The notes under the pieces were generated by a model that saw nothing but the letters and a program-made list of their open reading frames with translations, had not been told where the DNA came from and made no database searches. DNA of 64,000 bases from an uncultured delta proteobacterium (GTDB lineage: Bacteria > Desulfobacterota > Binatia > UBA9968): the NCBI GenBank assembly GCA_963745835.1, contig CAVUZH010000013.1, positions 854,926 through 918,925 on the forward strand, given 5' to 3'. The stretch's first letter is position 1; every line of letters starts with the position of its first letter. The translations under genes were made by a program, and so were the position numbers. Shown here in pieces: positions 9,745 to 21,734 of this stretch.

Positions 9745-12213
9745 TTACTGAGGAAGAATCTCAGCGGGAGCGTTATCCTCGATCTTTTCCCCGAACGGAG
9801 TTGGCCCCTCTTTCGATTCGATCGTTACCGGCGGGCGCTTGAAAAGATTTTCTGGATTGTCAATGACTAACGCCTTCTTCAGCACGTCATCCATGTGAGC
9901 GACCAATTCAAGCTCCACAGTCTTCAAAACCGCAGCGGGAATCTCCTCTATGTCTTTCTCGTTTTCGGCAGGTATTAACACTTTCTTGATTCCTGCCCGA
10001 TGCGCAGCCAATACCTTTTCCTTGAGCCCGCCAATCGGCAGGATGGTGCCACGCAGAGTAATTTCGCCGGTCATGGCAAGATCATTTCGCACTGCAACTG
10101 TCGTCAGTGCCGAGACTAGCGAGGTCGCCATCGTTATCCCAGCCGAAGGCCCATCTTTAGGGATAGCTCCTTCCGGAACGTGAATGTGAACATCGATTTT
10201 TTGATAGAAGTCTTTGTCCAACCCAAGCTCCGTCGCTCGAGACCGCACGTAGCTCATGGCAGCCTGCGCGGACTCTTGCATGACGTCGCCCAGTTTTCCG
10301 GTGATGATCAGCTGACCTTTTCCTGGCATAACGGTCACTTCGGTTGCCAGCAATTCACCGCCAAGTTCAGTCCACGCCAAACCGGTCGTTACTCCGACCT
10401 TCTGCTCATCTTCAGCCTTGCCGTAACGGTACTTCACGGGTCCCAAATATTTATGGAGGCTCTTTGTCCCAACCTGCATATGGGTATTACGATCTTTCTT
10501 GACTACCTCAACGGCAACCTTTCGGCAGATCGCTGCGATCTCTCGCTCAAGGCTTCTTACCCCGGCTTCTTTGGTGTAGTGCCGAATGACTCCCAGTAAA
10601 GCATTATCGGTAAACGTGACGTTTTCGGGAGTGAGTCCATTGGCTTCTTTCTGCTTCTCCAAAAGATACCGCTTAGCAATACTGAGCTTCTCGAGTTCCG
10701 TATAACCAGCGATTCGAATAATCTCCATGCGGTCCTGCAGTGGCCGTGGAATACGATCAAGAGTATTTGCCGTCGTAATAAACATCACCTTGGACAAGTC
10801 ATAATCCAAGTCGAGGTAGTGATCATTAAACGCGGTATTCTGCTCGGGGTCTAAGACCTCGAGCAATGCAGATGATGGATCACCTCGGAAATCAGTCGAC
10901 ATCTTGTCGATCTCATCCATCAAAAACACAGGGTTGCTGGACCCCGCTTTTTTCATCGACTGGACAATTTTTCCAGGCAAGGCGCCAATGTATGTGCGGC
11001 GATGGCCGCGGATTTCCGCCTCGTCCCGCACGCCTCCCAAAGACACTCGAACAAATTTTCTCCCGGTTGCGCGCGCGATCGAACGTCCCAATGAAGTTTT
11101 TCCAACTCCGGGAGGCCCGACTAGACACAGAATTGGCCCCTTGATCTTACCCACGAGACTTTGCACCGCAAGATATTCGAGAATTCTCTCCTTTACCTTT
11201 TCGAGGCCATAATGATCTTCTTCCAAAACCCGTTCCGCTTCGGTGATATCAAGCTTATCATCGGTAAATTCATTCCAGGGCAAGCTCAAGATCCAGTCGA
11301 TGTAGTTCCTGACCACTGTCGCTTCCGCTGACATCGGTGACATCATCTTCAGCTTCTTAAGCTCCTTATCAATCTTCTCGCGAGCTTCCGCGGACAGCTT
11401 TTTCTGCTTGATTTTCTCCTCGATTTCTTGGATTTCGTTTTTGAACTCGTCCTTCTCACCAAGTTCTTTTTGAATCGCGCGCATTTGCTCGTTCAGATAA
11501 TATTCTTTTTGTGAACGCTCCATCTGCTTCTTGACACGCGAGCGAATACGACGCTCGACCTCAAGTATTTCGATTTCCGCACGCATATGCCCTAACACCT
11601 TCTCCAGGCGTTCGGCCGCATTGAAAGTTTCGAGCAGATTTTGGCGGTCTTCTAACTTGATTCCCAAATGAGCCACAATGGTATCCGCTAGTCGTCCCGG
11701 ATCATCGATCGAGGATACCGACATCACCATCTCGGGAGGAATCTTCTTCTTGAGCTTGACGTAATTCTCAAACGTGGTGTGAACCTCGCGCGTCAAAGCC
11801 TCCACTTCAGTATTCCGCTCGTTAACTTCCGGAGCTTCCTCTACGTCTACTAAGAAAAACTCAGGATTATTTACAAACCGCGCGATCTGAGCGCGCCTTT
11901 TTCCTTCAATCAAAACTTTGACCGTGCCGTCCGGAAGTTTTAGCATCTGGACAACAGTGCCTAACGTGCCAATTTTATAAATGTCGTCCTCGGCCGGTTC
12001 GTTCGTCTTTGCATCCTTCTGCGAGGACAAGAAAATTGGCCCTTGTTTTTGCGTAGCTTCTTCCAATGCTCGAATAGAACGTTGGCGGCCGACGAAAAGC
12101 GGCACGACCATATGTGGGAAGACAATAATGTCCCTCAAAGGTAGCAACGGGACGCGGGTGGAGCCACCCGACTCTTTTTCCTTTTCGTCCTTTTTATCAC
12201 TGCGAAACAACAT
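9745..12213 (-). CDS. lon: ATP-dependent Lon protease
   Basis: LPLRD N-domain, GPPGVGKTS Walker A, PKDGPSAG catalytic Ser, IGGLKEK. Confidence 0.98.
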   Translation of the reverse strand: MLFRSDKKDEKEKESGGSTRVPLLPLRDIIVFPHMVVPLFVGRQRSIRALEEATQKQGPIFLSSQKDAKTNEPAEDDIYKIGTLGTVVQMLKLPDGTVKVLIEGKRRAQIARFVNNPEFFLVDVEEAPEVNERNTEVEALTREVHTTFENYVKLKKKIPPEMVMSVSSIDDPGRLADTIVAHLGIKLEDRQNLLETFNAAERLEKVLGHMRAEIEILEVERRIRSRVKKQMERSQKEYYLNEQMRAIQKELGEKDEFKNEIQEIEEKIKQKKLSAEAREKIDKELKKLKMMSPMSAEATVVRNYIDWILSLPWNEFTDDKLDITEAERVLEEDHYGLEKVKERILEYLAVQSLVGKIKGPILCLVGPPGVGKTSLGRSIARATGRKFVRVSLGGVRDEAEIRGHRRTYIGALPGKIVQSMKKAGSSNPVFLMDEIDKMSTDFRGDPSSALLEVLDPEQNTAFNDHYLDLDYDLSKVMFITTANTLDRIPRPLQDRMEIIRIAGYTELEKLSIAKRYLLEKQKEANGLTPENVTFTDNALLGVIRHYTKEAGVRSLEREIAAICRKVAVEVVKKDRNTHMQVGTKSLHKYLGPVKYRYGKAEDEQKVGVTTGLAWTELGGELLATEVTVMPGKGQLIITGKLGDVMQESAQAAMSYVRSRATELGLDKDFYQKIDVHIHVPEGAIPKDGPSAGITMATSLVSALTTVAVRNDLAMTGEITLRGTILPIGGLKEKVLAAHRAGIKKVLIPAENEKDIEEIPAAVLKTVELELVAHMDDVLKKALVIDNPENLFKRPPVTIESKEGPTPFGEKIEDNAPAEILPQ

Positions 12214-12225
12214 ACGTTTCCCTTC

Positions 12226-13479
12226 CTAAGCGCTTTCCGCCGCTTTGGTGTACACAACAATAGGAGGTTCGTTTTTGTTGACCACTTCTTCGGAAATCAC
12301 GACCTCCTTGATGTTGGGCTGCGAGGGCATGTCATACATAATATCGAGCATAATATTTTCCATGATTGCTCTTAGCCCTCGCGCGCCGGATTTACGTTTC
12401 ATCGCGTCCCGTGCGATCGATCTAAGTGCCTCTTCCGTGAATTTAAGATGCACGCTTTCCATTTCGAAAAGCTTGGAATACTGTTTTGTCAGCGCGTTCT
12501 TTGGTTCCTTTAGTATACGCACTAGGGCGAATTCATCCAGTTCGTCCAAGGTAGCTATGACGGGCAATCTCCCAATAAATTCTGGAATCAATCCGAACTT
12601 AAGCAGATCCTCCGGCCGCGTTTCATGCAACAGCTCAGTGGGCCGTTTGCCATCTTGTTCATCGAGATGGCCGCCGAAGCCCATGCGTTTTTTCCCAGTC
12701 CGCTTACGGATGATATCTTCAAGACCGACGAAAGCGCCGCCACAGATAAACAAAATGTTCGTCGTGTCTACCTGTAAAAACTCCTGCTGCGGATGCTTTC
12801 TGCCGCCTTTTGGTGGAACGCTCGCCATGGTTCCTTCGATGATCTTCAGCAGAGCCTGTTGCACCCCCTCGCCGGAGACATCGCGGGTAATCGACGGATT
12901 GTCCGATTTTCGAGAAATCTTGTCGATCTCGTCAATATATACGATTCCCCGCTGAGCCTTTTCAACGTCATAGTCCGCCGCTTGCAGCAGGTTAAGGATT
13001 ATATTTTCTACATCTTCGCCAACGTACCCCGCCTCCGTGAGACTGGTTGCATCAGCTATGGTGAAGGGCACTTGCAGAAAGCGTGCAAGAGTCTGCGCCA
13101 AGAGGGTCTTTCCGGAACCGGTAGGCCCAAGCAGTAGGATATTACTCTTCTGCAATTCAACATCGCCCGTTACCATCTGGCTGTCAATGCGTTTATAATG
13201 GTTATGGACCGCGACGGCGAGAATCCTTTTCGCTCGCTCCTGGCCGATCACATACTGATCTAGAACTCTTTTGATTTCAGCTGGCTTTGGAACGTTAGAT
13301 GAGGCCGTAAGAGTTTCATCGTGATCGCACTCTTCGGCAATGATGTCGTTGCATAAATCGATGCATTCGTCGCAGATGTATACGGTCGGTCCAGCAATCA
13401 ACTTGCGAACCTCGTCTTGACTCTTTCCGCAGAAAGAGCAAACGAGATTCCCGGATCGATCATCCCCGTGCTTTGGCAT
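12226..13479 (-). CDS. clpX: Clp protease ATP-binding subunit ClpX
   Basis: CSFCGK..ICDEC Zn finger, [25 protein letters not shown]. Confidence 0.98.
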   Translation of the reverse strand: MPKHGDDRSGNLVCSFCGKSQDEVRKLIAGPTVYICDECIDLCNDIIAEECDHDETLTASSNVPKPAEIKRVLDQYVIGQERAKRILAVAVHNHYKRIDSQMVTGDVELQKSNILLLGPTGSGKTLLAQTLARFLQVPFTIADATSLTEAGYVGEDVENIILNLLQAADYDVEKAQRGIVYIDEIDKISRKSDNPSITRDVSGEGVQQALLKIIEGTMASVPPKGGRKHPQQEFLQVDTTNILFICGGAFVGLEDIIRKRTGKKRMGFGGHLDEQDGKRPTELLHETRPEDLLKFGLIPEFIGRLPVIATLDELDEFALVRILKEPKNALTKQYSKLFEMESVHLKFTEEALRSIARDAMKRKSGARGLRAIMENIMLDIMYDMPSQPNIKEVVISEEVVNKNEPPIVVYTKAAESA

Positions 13480-13500
13480 AGAACCCCCGCTTCATTTGAA

Positions 13501-14103
13501 TCACTTTTTCAAAATGCCTTCAGGTCGAGCCGCGATCACCTCGTCAACCAAACCGTATTCCTGCGCCTGCTTACCTGACATGAACATGTCCCGATCGGTA
13601 TCCTTCTCGATCTTCTTTAAGCTTTGCCCGGTGTGTTTCATGAGGATGTTATTCAACTCTTCACGCATTCTAAGAATCTCGCGCGCTTGAATATCAATAT
13701 CCGCCGCCTGCCCCTGGAATCCACCCAGCGGCTGGTGAATCATAATCCGCGCATGGGGCAGCGCATACCGTTTGGTTTTACTGCCGGCGGCAAGGAGCAC
13801 GGCGCCCATGCTCGCAGCCTGCCCGACACAAACCGTGGAGATCTGTGGTCGGACGTACTGCATCGTATCATAGATCGCTAATCCTGCAGTCACAGATCCG
13901 CCCGGAGAATTGATGTAGAAGAAAATATCGCGTTCAGGATCTTCCGATTCGAGAAAGAGGAACTGAGCGGTAATCAGATTCGCCACATCATCGGTCACAA
14001 CGGACCCCAAAAACACAATGCGATCCTTAAGCAAGCGAGAATAAATGTCATAGGCTCTCTCGCCGCGGCCGGTTTGCTCGACGACCATGGGAATAAAATT
14101 CAT
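13501..14103 (-). CDS. clpP: Clp protease proteolytic subunit
   Basis: [39 protein letters not shown]. Confidence 0.98.
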   Translation of the reverse strand: MNFIPMVVEQTGRGERAYDIYSRLLKDRIVFLGSVVTDDVANLITAQFLFLESEDPERDIFFYINSPGGSVTAGLAIYDTMQYVRPQISTVCVGQAASMGAVLLAAGSKTKRYALPHARIMIHQPLGGFQGQAADIDIQAREILRMREELNNILMKHTGQSLKKIEKDTDRDMFMSGKQAQEYGLVDEVIAARPEGILKK

Positions 14104-14133
14104 CCTGGCAAACTCCTTTATTACCAAGGCATT

Positions 14134-15459
14134 CTAACTTTTTTTATTTTCGTCATCAACCTTATTTAAAGAAGGATCAACCTCTTCCACAGTCGCTTGT
14201 TGCAGCAAGAAATCGAGAGTGCGCTCAAAGGCTATTTGGGTTCGCAGATCGGCGCGCGCCTCGGATCTGGAATAAAAATCGCGCAGGGTCTTCCCACGTT
14301 CGCCAGCAGCTCTCACGAGCTTATCGATTCTCTCTTGAACGTCACGATCTTCGACATCTATTTTTTCTAGCTGTGAAATCTTCTCAACCAACAATGTTGC
14401 TTGCACCTGACGGATTGCACGGGTCTCGAGCGCTTTTCTGGTTTCTTCTGTGGTGGGAGCCGTTTCCGGTTCAGGCGAGTTGGGAACCGCACTTGCGTTT
14501 CGTTCCAAAAGATATCGAGTCTGACGCTCGACCATCGAGGCGGGCGGCTCAAACGAATGACTCTCGATCAAGTGGTTTAAAATTTGTTCCTTGAGCTCTT
14601 CTTTTTGGTATTGTGCGAGTTCGGCTTCGAGCCGTTGACGAATGACTCGCTTCAATTCCTCTAGCGAGGAGCATTCGCCATGATCTTTGGCGAACTCGTC
14701 ATCGATCGTCGGAAGTACTTTCTGCTTGATCTCACGCACGACGACTGAGAACTCGGCAGTTTTGCCGGCAAGACCACGACTGGGGTAGTCTTCAGGGTAA
14801 GTGACCTTGATTTGTTTTTCCTCACCCTGCTTGGCTCCTTGCAGAGCATCATCAAATTGCGGCAATGCCTGGCCGGCTCCTATCTCGATAACATAGTTTT
14901 CGCCTTTGCCCCCGGAGAAAGGCTTGCCGTCCACAGAGCCGGCAAAATCTACTGCGATGAAATCCCCCCGCTCGGCAACCATCCGATCGGTAACGGGCTC
15001 TAAACGCGCATGGCTCTGCTGCAAACGTTTTAGCGCTTCATCAATCTGATCGTCGGTCACAGCTATTCGCGGTTTCTTGACCTCGATGCCGAGGTAATTC
15101 TTAACATCGATTTCGGGCTTAACCTCAAAAACAGCTGAAAAGGAAAAGTCTCCGTTCTCTTGGAGCTCGGCGGCCTCTATCTCCGGGCGGGAAACTAGTT
15201 GCAAGCCTCGGTCTTTGATTACTTCACCGAGTGAATGTTCGACTAGTTGTGAACGGACTTGCTCTCTTATCTCACCTCCATAAATTCCCTGGAGAACACT
15301 CCGCGGGGCCTTCCCCGCGCGAAATCCCTTGATGCGAACACGTTTGCCAAGGTCCTGATAGGCGCGAGAGAATTCACCGGCGACTTCGTTTGCCGGTAGC
15401 TCGATGTGAACCTTGCGTTGTACTGGACTTAGCTCAGCAAGATCTATTTTCATAACCAT
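14134..15459 (-). CDS. tig: trigger factor
   Basis: GFRAGKAP ribosome-binding motif, FKBP domain; tig-clpP-clpX-lon order. Confidence 0.95.
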   Translation of the reverse strand: MVMKIDLAELSPVQRKVHIELPANEVAGEFSRAYQDLGKRVRIKGFRAGKAPRSVLQGIYGGEIREQVRSQLVEHSLGEVIKDRGLQLVSRPEIEAAELQENGDFSFSAVFEVKPEIDVKNYLGIEVKKPRIAVTDDQIDEALKRLQQSHARLEPVTDRMVAERGDFIAVDFAGSVDGKPFSGGKGENYVIEIGAGQALPQFDDALQGAKQGEEKQIKVTYPEDYPSRGLAGKTAEFSVVVREIKQKVLPTIDDEFAKDHGECSSLEELKRVIRQRLEAELAQYQKEELKEQILNHLIESHSFEPPASMVERQTRYLLERNASAVPNSPEPETAPTTEETRKALETRAIRQVQATLLVEKISQLEKIDVEDRDVQERIDKLVRAAGERGKTLRDFYSRSEARADLRTQIAFERTLDFLLQQATVEEVDPSLNKVDDENKKS

Positions 15460-15547
15460 AAAGCGGTGATCCGCAGCTGTCTCTGCGGCTTAGCATCGAC
15501 ACGATCACCACACAACATCCCCTTCCTTGTTTCACGACGGACAACGC

Positions 15548-15632
15548 TGGTGCGAGAGGGGGGACTCGAACCCCCATGGTGTGACCCGCTAGATCCTAAG
15601 TCTAGTGCGTCTGCCAGTTCCGCCACTCTCGC
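15548..15632 (-). tRNA. tRNA-Leu(TAG)
   Basis: CTAGA-CT-TAG-GA-TCTAG anticodon arm, long variable arm, ends ACCA. Confidence 0.96.
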
Positions 15633-15682
15633 TTCTAGAGAACAAATTGTCGACAGTGTTTTGCCATCTGGACCAGCAAAAC

Positions 15683-15711
15683 AGAGTAGGAAAGGCATCA
15701 CACTAAGTCAA
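15683..15711 (-). promoter_or_regulatory. sigma70-type promoter of tRNA-Leu-tig
   Basis: TTGACT-17 nt-TACTCT on minus strand. Confidence 0.5.
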
Positions 15712-15897
15712 GCATTCACACTGTCTATTTAGTTTCAAAGCGATGTGAGCGCGGCAAGAACAATTTGATTCGACTGTACTGCTGCTCGTGGGCTTACGCG
15801 GAAATTTAAGCACGGGAGTCCTGGCGCTTCGCTGAACCAGCCGCTATTTGAAAGGACTAGTTCCTGATAAATCCAAACAAACTAATGCCGTTAGTTA

Positions 15898-16218
15898 TCA
15901 ACTGCGATCGTCTGAAGAATCGCACTCTGGACACGGACAGAGAGACCGGAGATAGTCATAGGTGTAGATGCCGGTACTATGACCATCGTGCCAGCGAAAT
16001 TCTATCGCGTAGTTTCCTATTGGCTGGATGTCAATCAACTTAGCATCCGGAACGGAGATAAACTTCCGGGTGGCGCCGTGCCCTTGGCAAAGAGCGCAAG
16101 GGCAGTAACCCCTCAGGTACGTTTCTGGATAGTTCCCTGCATGGTCATCATTCCACAGGATCCTGACGACGCCCTGGGCTTTGATGTGATTGATCTCGGT
16201 TGGAAATCGGCTAGTCAT
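15898..16218 (-). CDS. DUF971 / GBBH-N-like metal-binding protein
   Basis: LRGYCPCALC, IGNYAI.F.W.DGHSTGIY...YLR. Confidence 0.85.
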   Translation of the reverse strand: MTSRFPTEINHIKAQGVVRILWNDDHAGNYPETYLRGYCPCALCQGHGATRKFISVPDAKLIDIQPIGNYAIEFRWHDGHSTGIYTYDYLRSLCPCPECDSSDDRS

Positions 16219-16241
16219 TTGGGCTTACTTGCCTTTTACCA

Positions 16242-16763
16242 TTAAAGCTCAACCAGACCGTCCCCTACGGCTGTCATGCAACCAATCTTTGTGCGATTCA
16301 CTAGATAGGTGCGTGATGCTATGTCGGGCCTGCCGATCAAAGTGGCGTCGGTAATCGGGAAAAAACGTGTCTTGCCCAATAGGAGCTCATGCAGCGGAGC
16401 GCCCGGAACGACATGAATGTCGCCTTTCAGCCAATAGGGTCCTACGCTGATCAAGGCTTTGTTTGATTCCTTTTTCACGTAAAGATGTTCGTACCCGGAC
16501 CGATCTGAACTGAGTTGCGGGCTCAAATCGCCGATGAGAAATACCTCCTGCATATAGATCAAATATTCGGCTGAGCCGGCCGCCATCGTTTTTCCTTGCA
16601 AATCGTCAAGAGTGGCATTTGTGATTGAGAGAACTTCATCTCCCTCGCGAAGTATCAGGTAATTACTTAAACGATCCTGATTTGTAACGAGCACTCCCCG
16701 CAGAACCGCGGACTGCAAGTAGACCTCCAAAGTCATGGAATACGTCGTTGCCGTCAGATCCAT
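16242..16763 (-). CDS. hypothetical protein, two DUF6812-like repeats
   Basis: Halves G.L...RLS.YL..ITNATL and GDIH....L.ELL..FFPITDATL; purine-rich RBS (GGGAAGG) before ATG 16763. Confidence 0.6.
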   Translation of the reverse strand: MDLTATTYSMTLEVYLQSAVLRGVLVTNQDRLSNYLILREGDEVLSITNATLDDLQGKTMAAGSAEYLIYMQEVFLIGDLSPQLSSDRSGYEHLYVKKESNKALISVGPYWLKGDIHVVPGAPLHELLLGKTRFFPITDATLIGRPDIASRTYLVNRTKIGCMTAVGDGLVEL

Positions 16764-17047
16764 CAAATCCTTCCCTGCTGGCAAGCTGCGTCGTTCGCAT
16801 ATGCGAACAGAACCATGAATCATTATCTCACTACGGAGAAGCCTTAACAATTGATTTCTGCGCGACCACAACGTTACGAAGATAAGGCACCGCCGCTATG
16901 CGAGAAGCCGCAAGGAACACACAGAGGAAAAGTCGAAATCCTGATACAACGCAGGTTCAAAAACGCCAAGGGCCGACTAGGTTTTTAGCCGAACGGCTCA
17001 CTGTCACCGATTTGGGCTAAAGAGATGGCGTCGGGGCTAAGAAGATT

Positions 17048-17123
<76 letters not shown>

Positions 17124-17178
17124 AAACAAACTATTACTCGTACTCGGCAGCTACGATCCTTACACCGAACTAAGAATA

Positions 17179-17255
17179 TGGGGTGAGTGAAGGGATTTGA
17201 ACCCTCAACCCCTGGAGCCACAGTCCAGTGCTCTAACCGTTGAGCTACACTCACC
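17179..17255 (-). tRNA. tRNA-His(GTG)
   Basis: CTGGA-CT-GTG-GC-TCCAG; 8-bp acceptor stem with G-1. Confidence 0.96.
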
Positions 17256-17269
17256 ATATTACCCCACAC

Positions 17270-17346
17270 TGGCGCGCCAGAAGGGATTCGAACCCCTGAC
17301 CTACGGCTTAGAAGGCCGTTGCTCTATCCAACTGAGCTACTGGCGC
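17270..17346 (-). tRNA. tRNA-Arg(TCT)
   Basis: ACGGC-CT-TCT-AA-GCCGT, ends GCCA. Confidence 0.96.
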
Positions 17347-17414
17347 CAAAAACAACAGCGAGTAATAAGTGATGAGTTAACCTAGACTCAACACTCATTA
17401 CTCAGCAGTCTTTA

Positions 17415-17491
17415 TGGTCGGGGCGAGAAGATTTGAACTTCCGACCCCCTGCGCCCAAGGCAGGTGCGCTACCAGGCTGCGCTACGCCCCG
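17415..17491 (-). tRNA. tRNA-Pro(TGG)
   Basis: CGGGGCGTAGCGCAGCCTGGTAGCGC..CT-TGG-GC.., ends ACCA. Confidence 0.96.
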
Positions 17492-17532
17492 TCAAATGAA
17501 CAGGATCGATTCTACATGGCTAAAGAACTAAA

Positions 17533-18153
17533 TCAAGGTTTTCCAGCTAGATCGAAACATGCCGGCAGAACCTCGGCGAGCTTTTTAAGCGCTTTGCCGC
17601 GATGACTGACGGTTATCTTCGTCTGCTGATCGATTTCGCCGAAGGTCTTCCCTAATGGCGGGTAGAAAAAGACCGGATCATACCCGAAGCCATTCTTTCC
17701 TTTCGCAGCAAACCCGATGAATCCTTCGCAACTACCCCGCACGGTGCACTGCTTACCACCATGCGATCTCGGGAGGCACAAGGCCAAAACACAAACAAAC
17801 CGCGCGGTTCGTTTTTCCTCGCAAATGTCCCTCAATTCCTCGAGGAGCTTGCTATTATTGCCCGTGTCATCAGCCTCAGGGCCGCTAAATCGCGCCGAAA
17901 GAATCCCAGGCCTACCATCGAGAGCATCCACTTCCAATCCCGAATCATCGGCCAATGTGCGGTAGCCGGACCACTCCGCAAGCGTTCGCGCCTTTTTTAG
18001 AGCATTTTCTTCGAACGATTGCCCATCTTCAGCAATCATGGGTGGATCGTGTAGGTCATTTAAAGAGATAATATGAAGCGGCGAGTGTTTCAGAAACGCT
18101 TTGATCTCCCTCAATTTCCCGCTGTTGGTTGTCGCGACAAGTAGATCGAACAT
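17533..18153 (-). CDS. rdgB: dITP/XTP pyrophosphatase (HAM1 family)
   Basis: ATTNSGKLRE, ADDSGLEVDAL.G.PG..SAR, GFGYDP.F, SHRGKAL; start MFDLL (18153). Confidence 0.95.
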   Translation of the reverse strand: MFDLLVATTNSGKLREIKAFLKHSPLHIISLNDLHDPPMIAEDGQSFEENALKKARTLAEWSGYRTLADDSGLEVDALDGRPGILSARFSGPEADDTGNNSKLLEELRDICEEKRTARFVCVLALCLPRSHGGKQCTVRGSCEGFIGFAAKGKNGFGYDPVFFYPPLGKTFGEIDQQTKITVSHRGKALKKLAEVLPACFDLAGKP

Positions 18154-18166
18154 TGCATAGACGACT

Positions 18167-18892
18167 TCAAGAAGTGAACGCGAGAGCTTGTTTCTGCGCC
18201 CTGAGCAGCTCCTTGATGCCCTGTTCGGCAATCTCCGACATCTTATCCATTTGTTTCTTGGTAAAAGGTGCACTCTCCGCAGTACCTTGAACTTCGACGA
18301 ACTTACCGGACCCTGTCATAACGACATTCATATCGACGTCCGCTTTGCTATCTTCCTCGTAACATAGATCTAGCAGGATCTTGCCATCGACGATTCCGAT
18401 GCTTACCGCGGCAACGGAATCTTTGATTGGCTCTTGCGTGATGATTCCACGCTTTTGCCAACTACGAATTGCTTGGCACAGAGAAACGTAAGCGCCGGTA
18501 ATCGAAGCGGTGCGGGTGCCACCGTCCGCCTGGATCACATCGCAATCGATCCAGACCGTACGCTCACCGAGATTGGTCAAATCCGTGATCGCCCGCAAAC
18601 TGCGGCCGATCAAGCGTTGAATCTCGTGGGTTCTGCCACCCACTTTGCCGCGGGAGGATTCACGGCCGATGCGCGCCTGTGATGAACCCGGCAACATGCC
18701 ATATTCCGCGGTAATCCAACCCTTACCGCTATTGCGCAGGAAAGGCGGCACACGGTCTTCCAATTTAGCAGTGCAAATTACTTTCGTGTCGCCCATCTCG
18801 ATCAACACCGAACCATCGGCAGTCTTTAGGTAGCTCGGCGCTATTTTTATTGATCGCAGTTGTTTCGGTTTTCGCCCATCGCTTCTCATCAT
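18167..18892 (-). CDS. rph: ribonuclease PH
   Basis: [45 protein letters not shown]. Confidence 0.97.
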   Translation of the reverse strand: MMRSDGRKPKQLRSIKIAPSYLKTADGSVLIEMGDTKVICTAKLEDRVPPFLRNSGKGWITAEYGMLPGSSQARIGRESSRGKVGGRTHEIQRLIGRSLRAITDLTNLGERTVWIDCDVIQADGGTRTASITGAYVSLCQAIRSWQKRGIITQEPIKDSVAAVSIGIVDGKILLDLCYEEDSKADVDMNVVMTGSGKFVEVQGTAESAPFTKKQMDKMSEIAEQGIKELLRAQKQALAFTS

Positions 18893-18955
18893 GGTTCCAG
18901 TGTTTGCAAGCCTGTTTAACTCTGGTGTTCGCTGGTTGCCAAGCTGTTTGTAAGA

Positions 18956-20374
18956 TCAGCTGTTCAGGTGAAATACCACCATCTTGAGCTCGGTCATTTC
19001 TTCCACCGCATACCTTGGACCTTCTTTGCCAAAGCCTGAGTCCTTAAGTCCGCCGTAAGGCATGAGATCCACGCGCCACTGCGGGCCCCAGTTAACATGC
19101 AGATTGCCGGCTTCGGCTTCGCGCGCGAATTTCATGGCCCATTCCACATTTTCCGTAAAGATGCCCGCTGCCAAACCGTAAATACTATCGTTGGCAAGCG
19201 CAATGGCCTCTTCGATGTTTTCAAACGGAGTCACCGCCACCGCCGGACCGAATAGCTCATCGCGCGAGATGCGCATATCTGGCGTAACATCGGCCACCAC
19301 TGCTGGCATGTAGATCGCGCCGCGCCGACCACCACCGGCCGCCAAGCGCGCACCGCCGGCGACCGCTTCTTCGATCCAGTCTTCGACGCGGACCGCCTCG
19401 CTCTCCTTTACCATCGGCCCGACTTTTGATTTTTCATCGAGTTGATTGCCGGTGCTGAGTGCTTCAACTTTGGGTTTCAAAGCATCAAGGAAGTCGCCGT
19501 AAACTTTTTTTGCCGTAAGCACCCTTTGAGTCGAGATGCAGGTTTGCCCGGCATTGCCGTAACCGGTCGTCGCCACCGCGGCCGCCACTCTGTTTAAATC
19601 GGCGTCAGGCATGATGATAAGCGGGCTGTTGGAGCCGAGCTCCATCGTGACTTTTTTTATTCCCGCCATTCGGCAAATTCGATCGCCAATTTCACGGCTG
19701 CCGGTAAATGTGATTTTTCGCACACGGCGGTCTTTGACCAGAGTATCACCGATCTCACCGCCCGACCCTGTGATGCATTGAATCCCTTCCGGCGGGAGTC
19801 CGGCTTCCAAAAGAATTTCCGTGAGCTTCAAGGCCGACAGCGGCGTATCGGAAGCCGGTTTGACGATCACCGAATTTCCCGCCGCGAGCGCCGGACCGAC
19901 TTTGTGACAGACGAGATTCAATGGAAAATTAAACGGCGCGATGGCTGCAACGACACCGCAGGGCACGCGTAGCGTGAATCCTAACTTCTTACCCCCGGTA
20001 GGATCCGCATCTAGCGGTACGGTTTCCCCGTGTAAGCGCTTGGCCTCCTCGGCAGATCCCATCATAGTTTCCACCGCTCGGCCTGCCTCTCCCCGCCCCT
20101 CGGCGATGATCTTTCCTTCTTCTTTAGATATTGTCCGGCCCAGCTCTTCGTTGCGCGCCGCCATCAGATCCGCCGCAGTGCGCAAGATTTTCCAGCGCTG
20201 ATAGCTGGTAAGTTTGGCCATCACCTTGGCTCCACGTTCGGCATAAGCCAGCGCCTTTTCAACATCGCTCGCATCCGCTTTGGGAACCGTATCGACGACG
20301 GAATTATCGAAAGGGTTTTTGACCTCGATCTTGTTGGCCTTATCAACCCAGCGGCCTTCTAAAAAAATCTTCAT
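18956..20374 (-). CDS. NAD(P)-dependent aldehyde dehydrogenase family protein
   Basis: PFNFPL, FTGS, MELG, GQTCIS catalytic Cys, ELFGP, PYGGLKDSG. Confidence 0.92.
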   Translation of the reverse strand: MKIFLEGRWVDKANKIEVKNPFDNSVVDTVPKADASDVEKALAYAERGAKVMAKLTSYQRWKILRTAADLMAARNEELGRTISKEEGKIIAEGRGEAGRAVETMMGSAEEAKRLHGETVPLDADPTGGKKLGFTLRVPCGVVAAIAPFNFPLNLVCHKVGPALAAGNSVIVKPASDTPLSALKLTEILLEAGLPPEGIQCITGSGGEIGDTLVKDRRVRKITFTGSREIGDRICRMAGIKKVTMELGSNSPLIIMPDADLNRVAAAVATTGYGNAGQTCISTQRVLTAKKVYGDFLDALKPKVEALSTGNQLDEKSKVGPMVKESEAVRVEDWIEEAVAGGARLAAGGGRRGAIYMPAVVADVTPDMRISRDELFGPAVAVTPFENIEEAIALANDSIYGLAAGIFTENVEWAMKFAREAEAGNLHVNWGPQWRVDLMPYGGLKDSGFGKEGPRYAVEEMTELKMVVFHLNS

Positions 20375-20598
20375 GAGAACAATCTCCCTTAATGAATAAT
20401 GCCGAAACTAAGATATGAGGCGAACAGTCTTCGTTCTCTTAGGTTCAGACGTCACTAGTCCTTGCTGTGGCCAGCGCCGCGGTAAAAACTACGGCCGCCG
20501 CGCGATTGGCGAGACCAATGCGGCCGTAACAGCGGGTCGAGCATTCGATTCACGCGAATATCGGCCGTTTAAAGATTTCACTAAAGCATCCCTGGCAA

Positions 20599-20898
20599 TT
20601 ACCTCAATGTATAAGCAAGGTCGTAAAGCGACCGAACCAGAAATCCTTTGATAAACCAAATGGCCAAAGAAACAACGATCGGTGAAAGATCAAAACCGCC
20701 TGCGAATAAAGGTAATCTCTCACGAACTTTTTCGAGTACTGGTTCTGTCAAGTTGTAAATGAAGCGAACGATCGGGTTATATGGGTCTGCATCGATCCAC
20801 GACATCACCACGCGGGCAATCAAGATCCATAAGTAAGCCCAGAGCAAGAAGTCCAGAACCTGGGCCGTGGCAATGATAAAATTAGCAAGAATAAACAT
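20599..20898 (-). CDS. yggT: YggT family membrane protein
   Basis: SW..DPYNPIV.F...TEP.L..R...GGFDLSP. Confidence 0.9.
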   Translation of the reverse strand: MFILANFIIATAQVLDFLLWAYLWILIARVVMSWIDADPYNPIVRFIYNLTEPVLEKVRERLPLFAGGFDLSPIVVSLAIWFIKGFLVRSLYDLAYTLR

Positions 20899-20903
20899 TC
20901 AGG

Positions 20904-21596
20904 CTACGTTCTTCTCGGACCAAACAAGGCTGTGCCAATTCGCACAATGGTTGCGCCTTCTTCAACAGCAATCAGATAATCATGCGTCATGCCCATCGAT
21001 AGCTCCCTAAGGTCGACGTTCGGCAATTTCAAACTGTGCAGTTCATCTCGCAACCGGCGCAGGTCACGAAAGTAAGGCCGAGTCTCTTCAGAATTTTCGC
21101 GAAAAGGCGGAACAGTCATAAGCCCTTCGATGCTGAGATGGTCGAGCTCGCCGATAGTGCGTAAAAGCTCCTCGACTTTGGGCTTGGCAATCCCCGACTT
21201 GGTCTCTTCGCCGCCTATATTGATCTCAATGAACGCCCGCACTCGGACATTTCTTTTTCGGCCTTCCTTATCCAGCGCGCGCGCCAATTCAGCGTTATCG
21301 AGAGACTCAATGACGTCGAAGATTTCCACTGCCGCTTTTGCCTTGTTGCGTTGCAAGTGACCAATCATGTGCCATTCGACGTGATCGGAAAGACTCTTTT
21401 TTTTGAGGCTCGCCTCCTGAACGTAATTTTCCCCAATGAGCAAGACACCAGCCATGATGGCCGCTTCGATTGCTTTGATATCTTGTGCTTTGGCGGCCGC
21501 AAGTATTTTAACATCGCGCGGGTCTCGTCCCTTCGAAACCGCGGCCCGCCTGATCTGTTCAGCGATCTCTCGATGGTTCGCCGCCACATCCGCCAT
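20904..21596 (-). CDS. yggS: PLP homeostasis protein YggS
   Basis: GENYVQE, WHMIGHLQRNK, LSMGMTHDY..AVEEGAT.VRIGTALFG; start MADVA (21596). Confidence 0.95.
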   Translation of the reverse strand: MADVAANHREIAEQIRRAAVSKGRDPRDVKILAAAKAQDIKAIEAAIMAGVLLIGENYVQEASLKKKSLSDHVEWHMIGHLQRNKAKAAVEIFDVIESLDNAELARALDKEGRKRNVRVRAFIEINIGGEETKSGIAKPKVEELLRTIGELDHLSIEGLMTVPPFRENSEETRPYFRDLRRLRDELHSLKLPNVDLRELSMGMTHDYLIAVEEGATIVRIGTALFGPRRT

Positions 21597-21734
21597 AAGG
21601 TGAAAATGCTTATCACATCCACCTTTGTAAATCACTCCGGTCGTTACAAGTGAGGGTGAAAAGGAGCCGTCAAAGGCGAGTTTGTCACCTCCTTCTGATT
21701 ACGCATCGAGTGCCAGATATTATATCTGCAACCG

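Noticed and set aside
16860-17040. Possible riboswitch (e.g. c-di-GMP) upstream of the DUF6812-like gene
   Set aside because: Could not find the conserved core motifs; needs an Rfam scan.
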